In this document: positions 63,459 through 64,000 of the stretch, one piece after another
Position numbering within the stretch: the stretch's first letter is position 1
Layout: every line of letters begins with the position of its first letter
Source: Nemertoderma westbladi
Taxonomy: Eukaryota > Animalia > Xenacoelomorpha
Direction of reading: 5' to 3'
Assembly: GCA_032718475.1 (NCBI GenBank)
Contig: JAUCBJ010007359.1
Span: 66,802-130,801 of the forward strand
Length of the DNA stretch: 64,000 nucleotides
The notes under the pieces: model-generated
Databases searched by the model: none
Seen by the model: the letters and a program-made list of their open reading frames with translations, nothing else
Told to the model about the DNA's origin: nothing
Program-made: the position numbers and the translations under genes

Positions 63459-64000
63459 CTAAAATAAATCAGCAAAGTTAGCATCCATGTAGGGATGGAG
63501 ACTACAAACCAAAGGAAATCAGCTCAGTTAGCATCCATATCAGGTCGGAAAGCACAAACTAAAATAAATCAGCACAGCTAACATCCATGTCGGGGTGGAG
63601 ACTACAAACCAAAGGAAATTACAGTAGCAAAGTTAGCATACATATCATGATGGAGACTACAAAGCAAAGGAAATCAGCACAGCTAGCATCCATATCGGTA
63701 TGGAGACTACAAACTAAAGGAAATCAGCACAGTTAGCATCCATATCGGGATGGAGACTACAAACCAAAGGAAATCAACACAGTTAGCATCCATATCGGGA
63801 TGGAGACTACAAACTAAAGGAAATCAGCACAGTTAGTGTCTATATCGGGATGGGAGCTACAAACCAAACGAAATCAGCATAGTTAGTGTCCATATCGGGA
63901 TGGAGACTACAAACTAAAGGAAATCAGCACAGTTAGCATCCATATCGGGATGGAGACTACAAACTAAAGGAAATCAGCACAGTTAGCATCCATATCGGGA
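63432..64000. repeat. 50-bp minisatellite overlapping the exon's acceptor site and continuing past the window end
   Basis: CATCCATATCGGGATGGAGACTACAAACTAAAGGAAATCAGCACAGTTAG-type units at 63432, 63482, 63532 and onward. Confidence 0.92.

Overview
This is AT-rich metazoan DNA, probably from a marine invertebrate, with two halves. (1) 1-28.6 kb is a nest of mobile elements. A complete BEL/Pao-type LTR element (7894-19620, +, near-identical 1.2-kb LTRs, GGTAT target-site duplication) sits antisense inside the gag of an older relative (about 2776-27608, -). The older copy also carries a 5'-truncated L2/CR1-group LINE (22678-25931, CACAGA TSD). A third copy's 3' end and LTR lie at 1-1343, next to a TTAA-flanked piggyBac-like non-autonomous element (1348-2771). 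Both BEL copies encode Gag, three zinc knuckles and protease, but share the same loss of RT and integrase. They show no recognisable tRNA primer-binding site and have a decayed extra ORF at the 3' end. (2) 29.1-64 kb holds the last three coding exons of a minus-strand gene with at least three ShKT domains. Its 33.5-kb intron is almost entirely a 34/39-bp hairpin-forming satellite (about 850-900 monomers, my estimate). The satellite carries three identical 5'-truncated copies of a CRE-clade restriction-like-endonuclease retrotransposon, spread by higher-order duplication. On the gene's sense strand each monomer reads like a compact set of splice signals. A 50-bp minisatellite in the next intron is built from the splice acceptor itself. 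Family assignments come from motif recognition only; no searches were run.
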